DNA of 64,000 nt. Origin: Thermoproteota archaeon. Its GTDB lineage: Archaea > Asgardarchaeota > Njordarchaeia > Njordarchaeales > Panguiarchaeaceae. A program made the position numbers and the translations under genes. The notes under the pieces were generated by a model. That model was not told where the DNA came from, did not search any database, and saw only the letters and a list, made by a program, of their open reading frames with translations. Shown piece after piece: positions 17,903 through 26,858 of the stretch. Location of the stretch: assembly GCA_024720975.1 (NCBI GenBank), contig JANJXX010000001.1, positions 287,408 to 351,407 on the forward strand. The letters run 5' to 3'. Every line of letters begins with the position of its first letter. The stretch's first letter is position 1.

Positions 17903-18541
17903 ATGCTACGCTACGAAGATATAACTGATGAACATGGTAGGTTTCTAGTTAGATTAGCAAGACAGGCTATAGAAACTTACTTGAATGAAGGAAAGCACAT
18001 CAAACCGCCCCCTAATACACCGGAGATCTTAAAGGAGAAAAGCGGAGTATTCGTTACATTAAATAAGCTTATAGCAAGTAAGGGGGAAGAACTAAGAGGT
18101 TGTATTGGTTATATTCAGCCTGTTTACCCGCTTGTAGAAGCGACAATCGATGCTGCTATAAGCGCTGCAACCAGAGATCCTCGTTTTCCACCATTATCTG
18201 CAGAAGAACTCAGCGAAATTCTGGTGGAGGTCACAATATTAACTCCTCCTGAACTTATTAAGGTAAGTTCACCCACAGATTATCTGAAAGAGATAATAAT
18301 AGGTCGCGATGGTCTAATCGTAGAGTATAAAGGATTTGGCGGAACGCTACTACCCCAAGTTCCCGTTGAATACGGCTGGGACGTGAGAACGTTCCTAGAG
18401 CATCTTTGCTGGAAGGCATTCCTCCCCAAAGACTGCTGGAAGTGGCCTGAAACTAAGATTTATAGATACCAAGGGATAATTTTTAAAGAGGATAAGCCAG
18501 GAGGTAGTGTTCATAGAATTAAATTAACGACTGATTTTTAA
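17903..18541 (+). CDS. AMMECR1-family protein
   Basis: GVFVTL, LRGCIG, DPRF and LLPQV motifs. Confidence 0.93.
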   Translation: MLRYEDITDEHGRFLVRLARQAIETYLNEGKHIKPPPNTPEILKEKSGVFVTLNKLIASKGEELRGCIGYIQPVYPLVEATIDAAISAATRDPRFPPLSAEELSEILVEVTILTPPELIKVSSPTDYLKEIIIGRDGLIVEYKGFGGTLLPQVPVEYGWDVRTFLEHLCWKAFLPKDCWKWPETKIYRYQGIIFKEDKPGGSVHRIKLTTDF

Positions 18542-18603
18542 TCTGAGATTTAATTCATTGTCCAGTATTGCTCAAATCTGTGAGCTTGATCTGATGATAG
18601 ATC

Positions 18604-19029
18604 ATGAGGACCTCGATGAAGCCAAAGAGGGAAAGAGAAACTTTGATAAAGTTAAAAAGAGTGAAAGAAATTTTAGGAGAGAGCACTCTTGAGATAGCAA
18701 TCAGTACCGCAGCAATTCTCACCATACTCGCAATCCTCATAGAACTACCAGTAATCCTCTTAACCCACCCTCCAACTAAGTTTTACTATGCTATTCTGTT
18801 TAACATCGGCCTGTTTGGAGCTCTTTTGCATATACGTGCCCATTTAATAGAAGAATCTGAAGAATACAGAGCCCTTAGGGAAAGTTTGCAAAAATCTCAG
18901 AGGGTGTCACCAGCAGAACTTGATTCTTACCTGAATAATAAGAAAAATTGGGATGCATACATTATGTGGCTAAAGCTTTCGATAGGTTTGGCACTATTGT
19001 TTCTCTTTGTCTATATGCTGCTACCCTAA
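18604..19029 (+). CDS. Hypothetical membrane protein (about 3 TM helices)
   Basis: Three hydrophobic stretches. Fills the gap between neighbouring genes. Confidence 0.6.
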   Translation: MRTSMKPKRERETLIKLKRVKEILGESTLEIAISTAAILTILAILIELPVILLTHPPTKFYYAILFNIGLFGALLHIRAHLIEESEEYRALRESLQKSQRVSPAELDSYLNNKKNWDAYIMWLKLSIGLALLFLFVYMLLP

Positions 19030-19037
19030 AAAGAATT

Positions 19038-20378
19038 TTAAGTCCTCTTCTTGTCGACTTCCTTTATTATTTCTACTAGGATGTTAAGTGCATAGTCCCA
19101 ATTCTCATCGGTTATTGTTAACGGAGGCGCCAACCTTAGAACTGACCTTCCCGCAGGAAGTACAACGAGACCTTTCTTATATGCTAGTTCAGTAATTTTA
19201 TCTCTCTCTTCGGTACCATACTCCTTTGTATCTTTGTTTTTAACAAATTCCAGACCTATGAACAGACCCTTGCCCCTAACGTCACCGAGTATCTCGGTTT
19301 CGTCTTTAAGCTCATTAAAGATCTTGAGCGCCTGATCTCCTAGCTTGGCTGCTCTCTCCCAGAGTCTATGTTTTATTATGTAGTCCAAAGTAGCATTAGC
19401 AGCCGCGAGTGAAACTGCATTTCCACCAAATGTACTTGAGTGTGCTCCTTCATAGCCAAAATCTAGATCTGACCTTATTACAGTCGCTCCAAGTGGGAAA
19501 CCATTTGCTATTGACTTAGCTACAGTGATAATGTCTTGTACCGCATTAAAATGCTCAATAGAGAACATTTTGCCAGTTCTTGCAAATCCAGTCTGTACTT
19601 CATCAACTATGAATAACATATCGTATTTCTTCGCCATCTTTGCTATTTTCTCAATGAATAACGGGTGCGGAACAACGTAGCCTCCCTCACCTTGTATTGG
19701 CTCTGCTATTATTGCTGCTATGTCTTCTGGTGGTGCTACTTTTTCAAAAATCCATTCCTCAATGAAATCAGCACAGTATGCGTTACAATTCGATGGATCT
19801 AATTTGAATGGACAACGATAACAATATGCATAGGGAGCATGCACGCTTAGGTAGTATGGATAGAAATACCTTCTATGAGCTTTCTTTGAAGCTGTCAGTG
19901 TGAGTGAACCCAGGCTTCTCCCATGAAAAGCTCCGTAAAATGCTAGTATTAATGGGCGCTTCTTGTTCCACCGAGCAATTTTAATGGCTGCTTCGACTGA
20001 TTCAGTTCCTGAATTTGCATAGAATACCTTCTTGTCGAATTGTCCAGGAATGTACTTTACTAGTTTCTTTGCGTACTCTAACTGAATTTCATCAAACCAA
20101 TCATGCGGACCCGTGTGAATGTATTTTTCAAGCTGAGCTTTAACAGCAGCAAGAACCTCCGGGTTTCTATGACCTATGTTTGCAACAGCAATTCCTGCTG
20201 CTAAGTCTATGTAAACGTTACCGTCTACGTCAAATATTAAGTCGTTCTCCATTTTAGCTATGACTATATAACTAAAGCGTGTTGTTGTAACTAGATATTT
20301 CTTCGCCTCTTCTATAATACTCGCTGATTTGGGGCCAGGAACGCTCGTTTTAATGGACGGGATCTCTTTCACTTTCAT
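19038..20378 (-). CDS. Class III PLP aminotransferase (4-aminobutyrate/ornithine type)
   Basis: NSGTES, AFHGR, EPIQGEGG, DEVQTGFARTG and AKS (PLP lysine) motifs. Confidence 0.93.
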   Translation of the reverse strand: MKVKEIPSIKTSVPGPKSASIIEEAKKYLVTTTRFSYIVIAKMENDLIFDVDGNVYIDLAAGIAVANIGHRNPEVLAAVKAQLEKYIHTGPHDWFDEIQLEYAKKLVKYIPGQFDKKVFYANSGTESVEAAIKIARWNKKRPLILAFYGAFHGRSLGSLTLTASKKAHRRYFYPYYLSVHAPYAYCYRCPFKLDPSNCNAYCADFIEEWIFEKVAPPEDIAAIIAEPIQGEGGYVVPHPLFIEKIAKMAKKYDMLFIVDEVQTGFARTGKMFSIEHFNAVQDIITVAKSIANGFPLGATVIRSDLDFGYEGAHSSTFGGNAVSLAAANATLDYIIKHRLWERAAKLGDQALKIFNELKDETEILGDVRGKGLFIGLEFVKNKDTKEYGTEERDKITELAYKKGLVVLPAGRSVLRLAPPLTITDENWDYALNILVEIIKEVDKKRT

Positions 20379-20453
20379 AAAATGTCACCGGTTCTATTTT
20401 ATTTCGAAAATGTGCTTTAAGTACTAGGTGTATTTGTCTTATGGTGAAGAAGT

Positions 20454-20663
20454 TTGAGCTACGGGGCCTTTTTACTTGAGTGGGGAAATCTTATTGGAGT
20501 GCTTCTTTTGGCAATATCTACTTTGATATACGCCCATGTATACGCTGTTATCATCAGAGAAATGAAAAGATTAACATTAAGGCACTATTTGATTCTTCTG
20601 ATGAACTCCTACGTGTTTTCATTCGGATTGTTGTGCTTGCTTATGGCAAATGGATGGCTATAA
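20454..20663 (+). CDS. Small 2-TM protein resembling OST5/TMEM258 (oligosaccharyltransferase subunit)
   Basis: LLLAI...YA and S..FSFGLLCLLM.NG resemble TMEM258 (VLLAIG...[18 protein letters not shown]) as remembered. GGTGA SD before TTG. Confidence 0.6.
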   Translation: MSYGAFLLEWGNLIGVLLLAISTLIYAHVYAVIIREMKRLTLRHYLILLMNSYVFSFGLLCLLMANGWL

Positions 20664-20703
20664 TATTGCCTGATTTATCTTGCCAGAATGATATTAGTAA
20701 ACG

Positions 20704-20766
20704 GTAGCAATGATGAGAGCTTGGCCACTGATCCGATGAGGAAGCTTGAAAGGGCTGAGGTGCTGC
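20704..20766 (+). ncRNA. Box C/D sRNA; the D guide is predicted to target U34 of tRNA-Glu(TTC)
   Basis: C ATGATGA 20710-20716, D' CTGA 20728-20731, C' ATGAGGA 20736-20742, D CTGA 20755-20758. Terminal stem GTAGCA/TGCTGC. Confidence 0.88.
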
Positions 20767-20769
20767 ATA

Positions 20770-21177
20770 TTGTCTTATGAAGATTACTATGGTGTTGATG
20801 AGCTTAGTCTTTGGAAGCCCAGAACCAAGAAAATAGAAGTAAAGATTCTCAATTATAGCGATGATCTCCTTGAATTTGAAGTCGATGGCGAAACTCACAC
20901 ATTACTTAACCCACTCCGCATGGAATTAATGAACATAGAAGGTGTTGTATTCGCAGCATACAAGATCATCCATCCACTCTTCGATAAAGCAAGGTTTGTT
21001 GTGAGAACTGACAAGACGAAAATAAAGGCTCTAGATGCTCTTAAGTTAGCAAAGGAAAATGTTAAAAGAAAAGTCCTTGAACTCACCGCGAAAATACGAG
21101 AAGCCGTACAATCTGGGGAGCAGATCCCTGATTTCCTCTCGGATGAAGATTACAGAAAATTGAGGTCTAAACTTTAG
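20770..21177 (+). CDS. rpoL: DNA-directed RNA polymerase subunit L (Rpo11)
   Basis: GETHTLLNPLR and FAAYKIIHPL. Start placed at TTG 20770, 7 nt after GAGGTG. Confidence 0.9.
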   Translation: MSYEDYYGVDELSLWKPRTKKIEVKILNYSDDLLEFEVDGETHTLLNPLRMELMNIEGVVFAAYKIIHPLFDKARFVVRTDKTKIKALDALKLAKENVKRKVLELTAKIREAVQSGEQIPDFLSDEDYRKLRSKL

Positions 21178-22085
21178 CTCAGAGATTTCAACATTCTTAC
21201 CAATTTATGTGCTCTGCAAATGTTATCGGTCGTCGGGTAATTACAAATTTCGCATTTCTTTAGTTCTATGCTTTGTTCAGGAACGGTTCTGAGCAAATCC
21301 TGATAAAAACGAAGGATATTGTAAAGAGTTCCTGGATGCTTCTCCTCTTGCTGATAAAGAAATAGTCTGATATCCCATCTCATGGATAGTTGTGCGTATG
21401 GACATGGTATATCATTGTGATCTAGCTCTAGTAAGTGCGTATATAGAGCTGTCTCTTTTTCGTAGAGCTCAATAAATGGATAAACACGCGGAACGAAACC
21501 TTCAACAACTCTCTCTCTGGTTATAGCCAATCTGAGAAGTCTATCGAGTGAATTTCTAATGACATTCATTAGAACCGTTTGTGCAAAATCATCAAGCGTA
21601 TGAGCAGTTGCTAAGACTGTTGCTCCAGAATCTCTAGCTAGTTTATTTAGGGCCCACCTACGCCACTCTCCACAAATGCTACATGGCTCTAGATTCATTT
21701 TTCCCTCAGAATAGTATTTCGCAACATCGTCTATAGTAAAGCCAAATAAATCTTTGAATTTTGCCTGGCAGACTTTGTAACCGAGTATTTTGGCATGCTT
21801 GGCTATAATAGGCTCAGATTTGTCTGAGTAATTCGCTATTCCCTCATCAACATGCACTATCACTATCTCTGTAGGAAATTCTCTCTCAATTTCATCGATT
21901 ATATAGAGCAAAGCAACAGAGTCTTTTCCACCACTGACAGCCACAGCTATTTTATCATCAAACCTGAGCATATTATATTTCTGAATGGTTTTGAGAGTTT
22001 TTTTCTTCACGTACCTTATGAATTCTGCCTTACCAAAGTATCTTCCCGCATCCTTCTTGTAGTAGACATACATAGCAACAGCCAC
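21174..22085 (-). CDS. tRNA 2-thiolation protein (Ncs6/TtuA family, TIGR00269-like)
   Basis: PP-loop SGGKDS, CSICG, HTLDD, CPY and a C-terminal CEIC...C zinc motif. Confidence 0.9.
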   Translation of the reverse strand: MAVAMYVYYKKDAGRYFGKAEFIRYVKKKTLKTIQKYNMLRFDDKIAVAVSGGKDSVALLYIIDEIEREFPTEIVIVHVDEGIANYSDKSEPIIAKHAKILGYKVCQAKFKDLFGFTIDDVAKYYSEGKMNLEPCSICGEWRRWALNKLARDSGATVLATAHTLDDFAQTVLMNVIRNSLDRLLRLAITRERVVEGFVPRVYPFIELYEKETALYTHLLELDHNDIPCPYAQLSMRWDIRLFLYQQEEKHPGTLYNILRFYQDLLRTVPEQSIELKKCEICNYPTTDNICRAHKLVRMLKSLS

Positions 22086-22352
22086 TCAAAACAACTAGGA
22101 CCAAATTTTGATTGAGTAGGAAGAAGACATTAAACTTAATCCGAATTTTTACAGACTCCTCTTAGATTCCACAATACGAGGCTTCTTTAAGGTCTATCTG
22201 CGTCTATATATCTGTCTTGGTAGACTTCTCATTAATGACAGCTATACGATCGAAATTTTGTGGATTGAGGAACATTAGTGGTAAGCAGCAGACTTCAGCG
22301 TTATTCAAATCAACACAAATTACTTTATTCACTCTTGACTTGAAGTGAGATA

Positions 22353-22691
22353 TCAGCTATATTCACGCCAACCGTAGCCACATTTTGGACACTTGTATAT
22401 TCGCACTGGAGGTTCATCTGCGGCCCTACTTTGTATGGAGGTATAATACACTGGACTATGTCCACACTTGGGGCAAGAGGTGATTGAACTCAAGGCACCT
22501 AGTTCTTCTCTCTCAATAATAACACCCTCATCAATAGTCTTAACTTTTTTGCTTAATCTTAATCCCTCTATGCTTCTATGTTGAGTAGTCTTATCTTCCA
22601 CTTTATAGTTACACACTGGACACGTCCAAATTGTCTTATTTTCACAGTCTTGCCGTTCTAAGGGGGTTCCACAATTAGGACATAACCTCAA
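22353..22691 (-). CDS. tfs: Transcription factor S (TFS/RpoM family)
   Basis: Two zinc ribbons and the acidic hairpin QSRAADEP. Confidence 0.9.
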   Translation of the reverse strand: MRLCPNCGTPLERQDCENKTIWTCPVCNYKVEDKTTQHRSIEGLRLSKKVKTIDEGVIIEREELGALSSITSCPKCGHSPVYYTSIQSRAADEPPVRIYKCPKCGYGWREYS

Positions 22692-22818
22692 ATCTATGCA
22701 CCAGCATTGCAGTAGGACTAAACCTATCTTTTAATACTTTAAAAGCAATAGAAAATGTTTGAGAGCCTCTCTTACATTTCTCATCTGTCTTAAGAGCTAC
22801 ACCTAAAGGTCTACTGCA

Positions 22819-24585
22819 ATGCCAAAAGATGAAGCTCAATCAATTTCCCCGGCTCAGTTTTTCAGTATGAATAGGGCTATAGCTGGTTTTACGAATCCTG
22901 CAAAATCCTTATATACGACAATAAGAGAACTTATAGAGAATTCTCTTGACGCCTGTGAGGCGATTAACGTCTTCCCAAACATTTGCATAAGGGTTCGAAG
23001 ACTTACACCCGAAGAACTGAGAGAGTTAGGCATCATTGACATACTAGCTGCTAAAACTCAAAAAGCAGGAGAGAGAATAAATAATGTTCGTGAGGAGGCT
23101 AGTTCTCAATCAAAAGAGGAGGAAGATGAAGAGGAATCCGCTGTTCCAGAAGTCTTTGAAATTATTGTATCAGACAACGGGAAAGGCATACCTAGCGATA
23201 AGATACCAATTTTACTTGGAAAAGTGTTGACATCTACAAAATATAAAATCAAGCAACAAAGAGGAAGATTTGGCCTCGGACTGAAAATGGCTATAATTTA
23301 CAGCTTGCAGGAACTTAATACCCCCGTAGAGGTATGGTCCGCCACAAGATCTGAAAAATTTCTAAGCTACTACAAGTTGAAGATAGATATTGTTAACAAT
23401 GAACCCATAATCCTGGAGAAAAAAGAGATAAACAAAAGTGAATTTAAAGATCCTTGGAATAGGAAGATGCAACATGGTACTGTAATAAAACTTCTGATAG
23501 TCGGAGATTGGACTCGCGCAAAACCATATGTACTTGAATATTTAAAACAACTCGCTATAATAACTCCATATGCAACATTTTTATTCGAAGGACCAAATGA
23601 CGAAAAAATATATTATGAACGTGTTAGCAACAAAATGCCGCCGCCTGCAAAAGAATCCAAGTATCACTTATCCGGCATAGACGCTCAAACTTTAATTCAG
23701 TTAATGCGCGAACACAAGAGACTTAGTATACTTGAGTTCCTAACAATAACTTTCGAGAGAGTAGGAGAAAAAACCGCCAGGAAGTTCCTGAAAGCTCTCA
23801 AAGTACGTCCTGAAACCCCCGTGAAGAATATACTCAGAAATGACAAATTAATAACTTCATTCGTGCGCTTGGCATCTGTATACAAATTTAAGCGCCCTGA
23901 TCCATCGGCCCTGTCTCCTATAGGTGAGGAGCTACTGAAGCAAGGATTAACTGCAATCCTAAAGCCTGCATTTACCGCTACGTATCAACGAAAACCTATC
24001 TCTCTTCAGGGACATCCATTGATAGTTGAGGCAGCTGTGGCTTACGGTGGCGAGATTCAACCCGGCATAAAACTCCTAAGATTTGCAAACAGAGTTCCAT
24101 TGCTCCATAAAACCAAGAGCGATGTTGGATGGAAAGCTTTAGAAGAAATAGATCTATCGCGATACAAAGTCACGGAACAGGATCCTATAGTTCTTGCAGT
24201 TAGTGTTGTCTCTACCAAGATACCTTTCCCAACGACTTCAAAGGACTATATTGATGACGTTGACATTTTACGCCGAGAAATAAAGCTAGCGTTTATGAGA
24301 GTCCTAAGAAAGCTAAGGATATATCTAACACATCTAGAGAGATTGAAACAACTGGAGGAAAAACGCAAAGCTCTAATGAGATACACCAAAAAATTTGCTA
24401 CCAGTATATCCAAGATACTGAAAACAGATCCTAAATACAAGGATTGCATAGAAGCGCGAGATGACGCTATTTATGCTTACCTAGTAGATATAATAGATCA
24501 CAGAATCTCTACCAAAACAGAAACTTCCAGGAGCGTGCATCAAGCGCCACAAAATCCAGGCGAAACTGAAAGTAAAAATCTTTGA
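22819..24585 (+). CDS. top6B: DNA topoisomerase VI subunit B
   Basis: ELIENSLDA, DNGKGI, RGRFGLG and RFANRVPLL motifs. Confidence 0.96.
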   Translation: MPKDEAQSISPAQFFSMNRAIAGFTNPAKSLYTTIRELIENSLDACEAINVFPNICIRVRRLTPEELRELGIIDILAAKTQKAGERINNVREEASSQSKEEEDEEESAVPEVFEIIVSDNGKGIPSDKIPILLGKVLTSTKYKIKQQRGRFGLGLKMAIIYSLQELNTPVEVWSATRSEKFLSYYKLKIDIVNNEPIILEKKEINKSEFKDPWNRKMQHGTVIKLLIVGDWTRAKPYVLEYLKQLAIITPYATFLFEGPNDEKIYYERVSNKMPPPAKESKYHLSGIDAQTLIQLMREHKRLSILEFLTITFERVGEKTARKFLKALKVRPETPVKNILRNDKLITSFVRLASVYKFKRPDPSALSPIGEELLKQGLTAILKPAFTATYQRKPISLQGHPLIVEAAVAYGGEIQPGIKLLRFANRVPLLHKTKSDVGWKALEEIDLSRYKVTEQDPIVLAVSVVSTKIPFPTTSKDYIDDVDILRREIKLAFMRVLRKLRIYLTHLERLKQLEEKRKALMRYTKKFATSISKILKTDPKYKDCIEARDDAIYAYLVDIIDHRISTKTETSRSVHQAPQNPGETESKNL

Positions 24586-24693
24586 GCAACATAGATTAGA
24601 CCTAGCCCTTTAAAAGCAGCCTAACTAATACTCTAAATTTTGTATTTTGGTATTCAGACAGTAGGCGCTGGTCTATACCAGACTGCCAACTGA

Positions 24694-24796
24694 GCGGGGG
24701 TTCCGGAGAGGACAAACGGGCCGGACACGCACGGGCGCCGGACTTAAGATCCGGTGGCGTATGCCTTCGCGGGTTCGAACCCCGCCCCCCGCACCA
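24694..24796 (+). tRNA. tRNA-Leu(TAA) with a 17-nt non-canonical intron (24727-24743, position 32/33) and encoded CCA
   Basis: Acceptor GCGGGGG/CCCCCGC, A73, CCA. Spliced arm CCGGA-CTTAAGA-TCCGG and a long variable arm. Confidence 0.92.
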
Positions 24797-24806
24797 ATTA
24801 AACTAG

Positions 24807-24903
24807 GCCGGGGTTCACGAGTTGGAACGTGGCCCGGCTTGAGAAATTGATCATGAGACCGGGTGGCGTTTGCGCCTCGCGGGTTCAAGTCCCGCCCCCG
24901 GCA
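24807..24903 (+). tRNA. tRNA-Ser(TGA) with a 14-nt intron (24844-24857, 37/38)
   Basis: Acceptor GCCGGGG/CCCCGGC. Spliced arm CCCGG-CTTGAGA-CCGGG. Ser-type variable arm with one unpaired base before C48. Confidence 0.88.
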
Positions 24904-24943
24904 TCAAAATGACAGGCCGAAACCTCGGAACCTTGGTTGAAAT

Positions 24944-25016
24944 GCCCGGGTAGCTCAGTGGCTAGAGCGCGGGATTCGTAATCCCGAGGCCGCGGGTTCA
25001 AATCCCGCCCCGGGCT
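24944..25016 (+). tRNA. tRNA-Thr(CGT), no intron
   Basis: Acceptor GCCCGGG/CCCGGGC, U73, arm CGGGA-TTCGTAA-TCCCG. Confidence 0.95.
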
Positions 25017-25155
25017 CTCCTCGATTTATTGATTTTCAATTTTCTTAGCTGAATTGTGTATAATCTGCATATATCGAACTGTATATGTTTTGGGCGAAAT
25101 TATAAGCACAATGCACAGAGGCGCAACTGCTAGTTGCTATATTAAAGAGTTATAG

Positions 25156-25983
25156 TTGAGACAAATGATCCCAAACACAGCATTTCTGAAGTTATCTGGA
25201 ATCCAACTACTTGCCGAAATTCCTGCACTGAGTATCAAGCGCACACTAGTAGTTGCTGATCTTCACATAGGATTTGCCGCTAATCTTTTTCGCTACTCTT
25301 TGCGCGCAAGAGAACGCATTTCAAAATACCAAGTTTTATCTATGATCCATGCAATTTCATCGGTTGCTGAGAAGCATTATGATAAGCTTGTGATTGTAGG
25401 AGATGTCAAAGATAGTATCGGTATGCCAAGAAAGTTCATTCTGAATGCTATTGATAAGTTCTTCTCGAAAGTTGGAGAATTTTTCAAAAGAGTTGTAATA
25501 GTCAGGGGAAATCACGATGGTGCGCTACTAGATTTGATTGATAAACTCAACCTAAACGTTGATCTAACGGATCATCTAATCTTGCACGACCAGAGAGCAT
25601 ACATTGTATTAACGCACGGTCACATGAAGTTGCCATATAGTGACTACGCTAAGTCGGACCTGATAATTACAGGACACCTTCACCCCGCCACGCAATTAGA
25701 TAAACCGTTCGTCGTATGCACTTATAAGGTCAAAGAAAGCATCAAAAAAACCCTAATAATAATTCCTGCACTTAATCCAAAGGTCTGGGGTACTGCAGTG
25801 AATTGTGATGCAATCTATAGTCTATTAAGAACGATAATCCCAAAGGACTTTCAATCAATTACCATAGAGGACGCTAACCTTATAGGCAGAACTACATTGG
25901 AAAAAATGATATGCGAACAAGAGCTAGGATTAACTCATTCACCACTGCTCAATGATAAGAAAGCACGGACTAATTCCCAATAA
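25156..25983 (+). CDS. Metallophosphoesterase (calcineurin-like)
   Basis: ADLHIG, GDVKD, RGNHD, THGH and GHLHP motifs. Confidence 0.88.
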   Translation: MRQMIPNTAFLKLSGIQLLAEIPALSIKRTLVVADLHIGFAANLFRYSLRARERISKYQVLSMIHAISSVAEKHYDKLVIVGDVKDSIGMPRKFILNAIDKFFSKVGEFFKRVVIVRGNHDGALLDLIDKLNLNVDLTDHLILHDQRAYIVLTHGHMKLPYSDYAKSDLIITGHLHPATQLDKPFVVCTYKVKESIKKTLIIIPALNPKVWGTAVNCDAIYSLLRTIIPKDFQSITIEDANLIGRTTLEKMICEQELGLTHSPLLNDKKARTNSQ

Positions 25984-26858
25984 AGCTCCATCTGTTGCCG
26001 AAGTTTCTCAGCATGCCATTCTTTCATTGCTCTAAAGCGACCTTGTTTTTCTATAAATCGTTCTAAGGGGACTCTCTTAGAGGGATCTATTAGTGTCGTA
26101 CTTGGAGGCGTTAGGCGGAATTTTATCTTACCACCAATTACTTCCGCTTCCCAAAGAGGCCAGAATCCTGTTTCAACGGCGAGCCTTCCTAGTTCAATTG
26201 TTAAGCTTGAGTCAAATCTCCAACCTGGTGGATCTGGAGCTAGAATGTGTATATATCTCAACCCCTCCCCCCTAAATGAGGCCGCCTTCTTTACTTTATT
26301 GTATATGTCTATTGGATAGCCAACTGAGGTTGTAGCAACGTACCTAACGCCATGATCCAATAATATAAACGGCATAGGTTTCTTTATTTCAGTTTTACCA
26401 GCCCAAGTGGTTGTAGTCCATGCGCCTGGTGGTGTAGCTCCACTCCTCTGTATGCCAGTGTTCATGTACGCTTCGTTGTCGTAACATATCACGATTATGT
26501 CCTCGCCGCGTTCAGCCGCACCTGACACTGTTGCTAATCCTATGTCTACTAATCCTCCATCCCCACCCCAAGCGACAACATTGACGTCTGTGTACCCCTT
26601 CTTCGTGAGAGCTCGCTTGATTCCGGATGCGACAGCTGCAGCACTAGCAAAAGCTACGTTATAAGTAATTACGTTAAATGATACTCCTGGATATACTCCT
26701 TGGTAAACAGAACTGCAACTTGCAGGTATGACTAGAATTGTTTTTTCGCCCAGCGCCTTTAGAGCCATACGGAGTGCTATTGTGGAGGGACAGCCTGGGC
26801 ACGCTGAATGTCCGCGTAACAACAAATCTGGTTTAGAGATAATTTCCTTTAGGCTCAT
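25935..26858 (-). CDS. porB: Pyruvate/2-oxoacid:ferredoxin oxidoreductase beta subunit
   Basis: GHSACPGC, GGDG and DNEAYMNTGIQRS (TPP-binding) motifs. Confidence 0.93.
   Translation of the reverse strand: MSLKEIISKPDLLLRGHSACPGCPSTIALRMALKALGEKTILVIPASCSSVYQGVYPGVSFNVITYNVAFASAAAVASGIKRALTKKGYTDVNVVAWGGDGGLVDIGLATVSGAAERGEDIIVICYDNEAYMNTGIQRSGATPPGAWTTTTWAGKTEIKKPMPFILLDHGVRYVATTSVGYPIDIYNKVKKAASFRGEGLRYIHILAPDPPGWRFDSSLTIELGRLAVETGFWPLWEAEVIGGKIKFRLTPPSTTLIDPSKRVPLERFIEKQGRFRAMKEWHAEKLRQQMELYWELVRAFLSLSSGE

Noticed and set aside
20746-20769. Track start of rpoL at TTG 20746
   Set aside because: It lies inside the C/D sRNA. TTG 20770 has a properly spaced GAGGTG SD.
24838-24858. Possible tRNA-Sec (TCA occurs in the loop region)
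   Set aside because: No splice register puts TCA at 34-36 with U33, and the acceptor and T stems are the standard 7/5.
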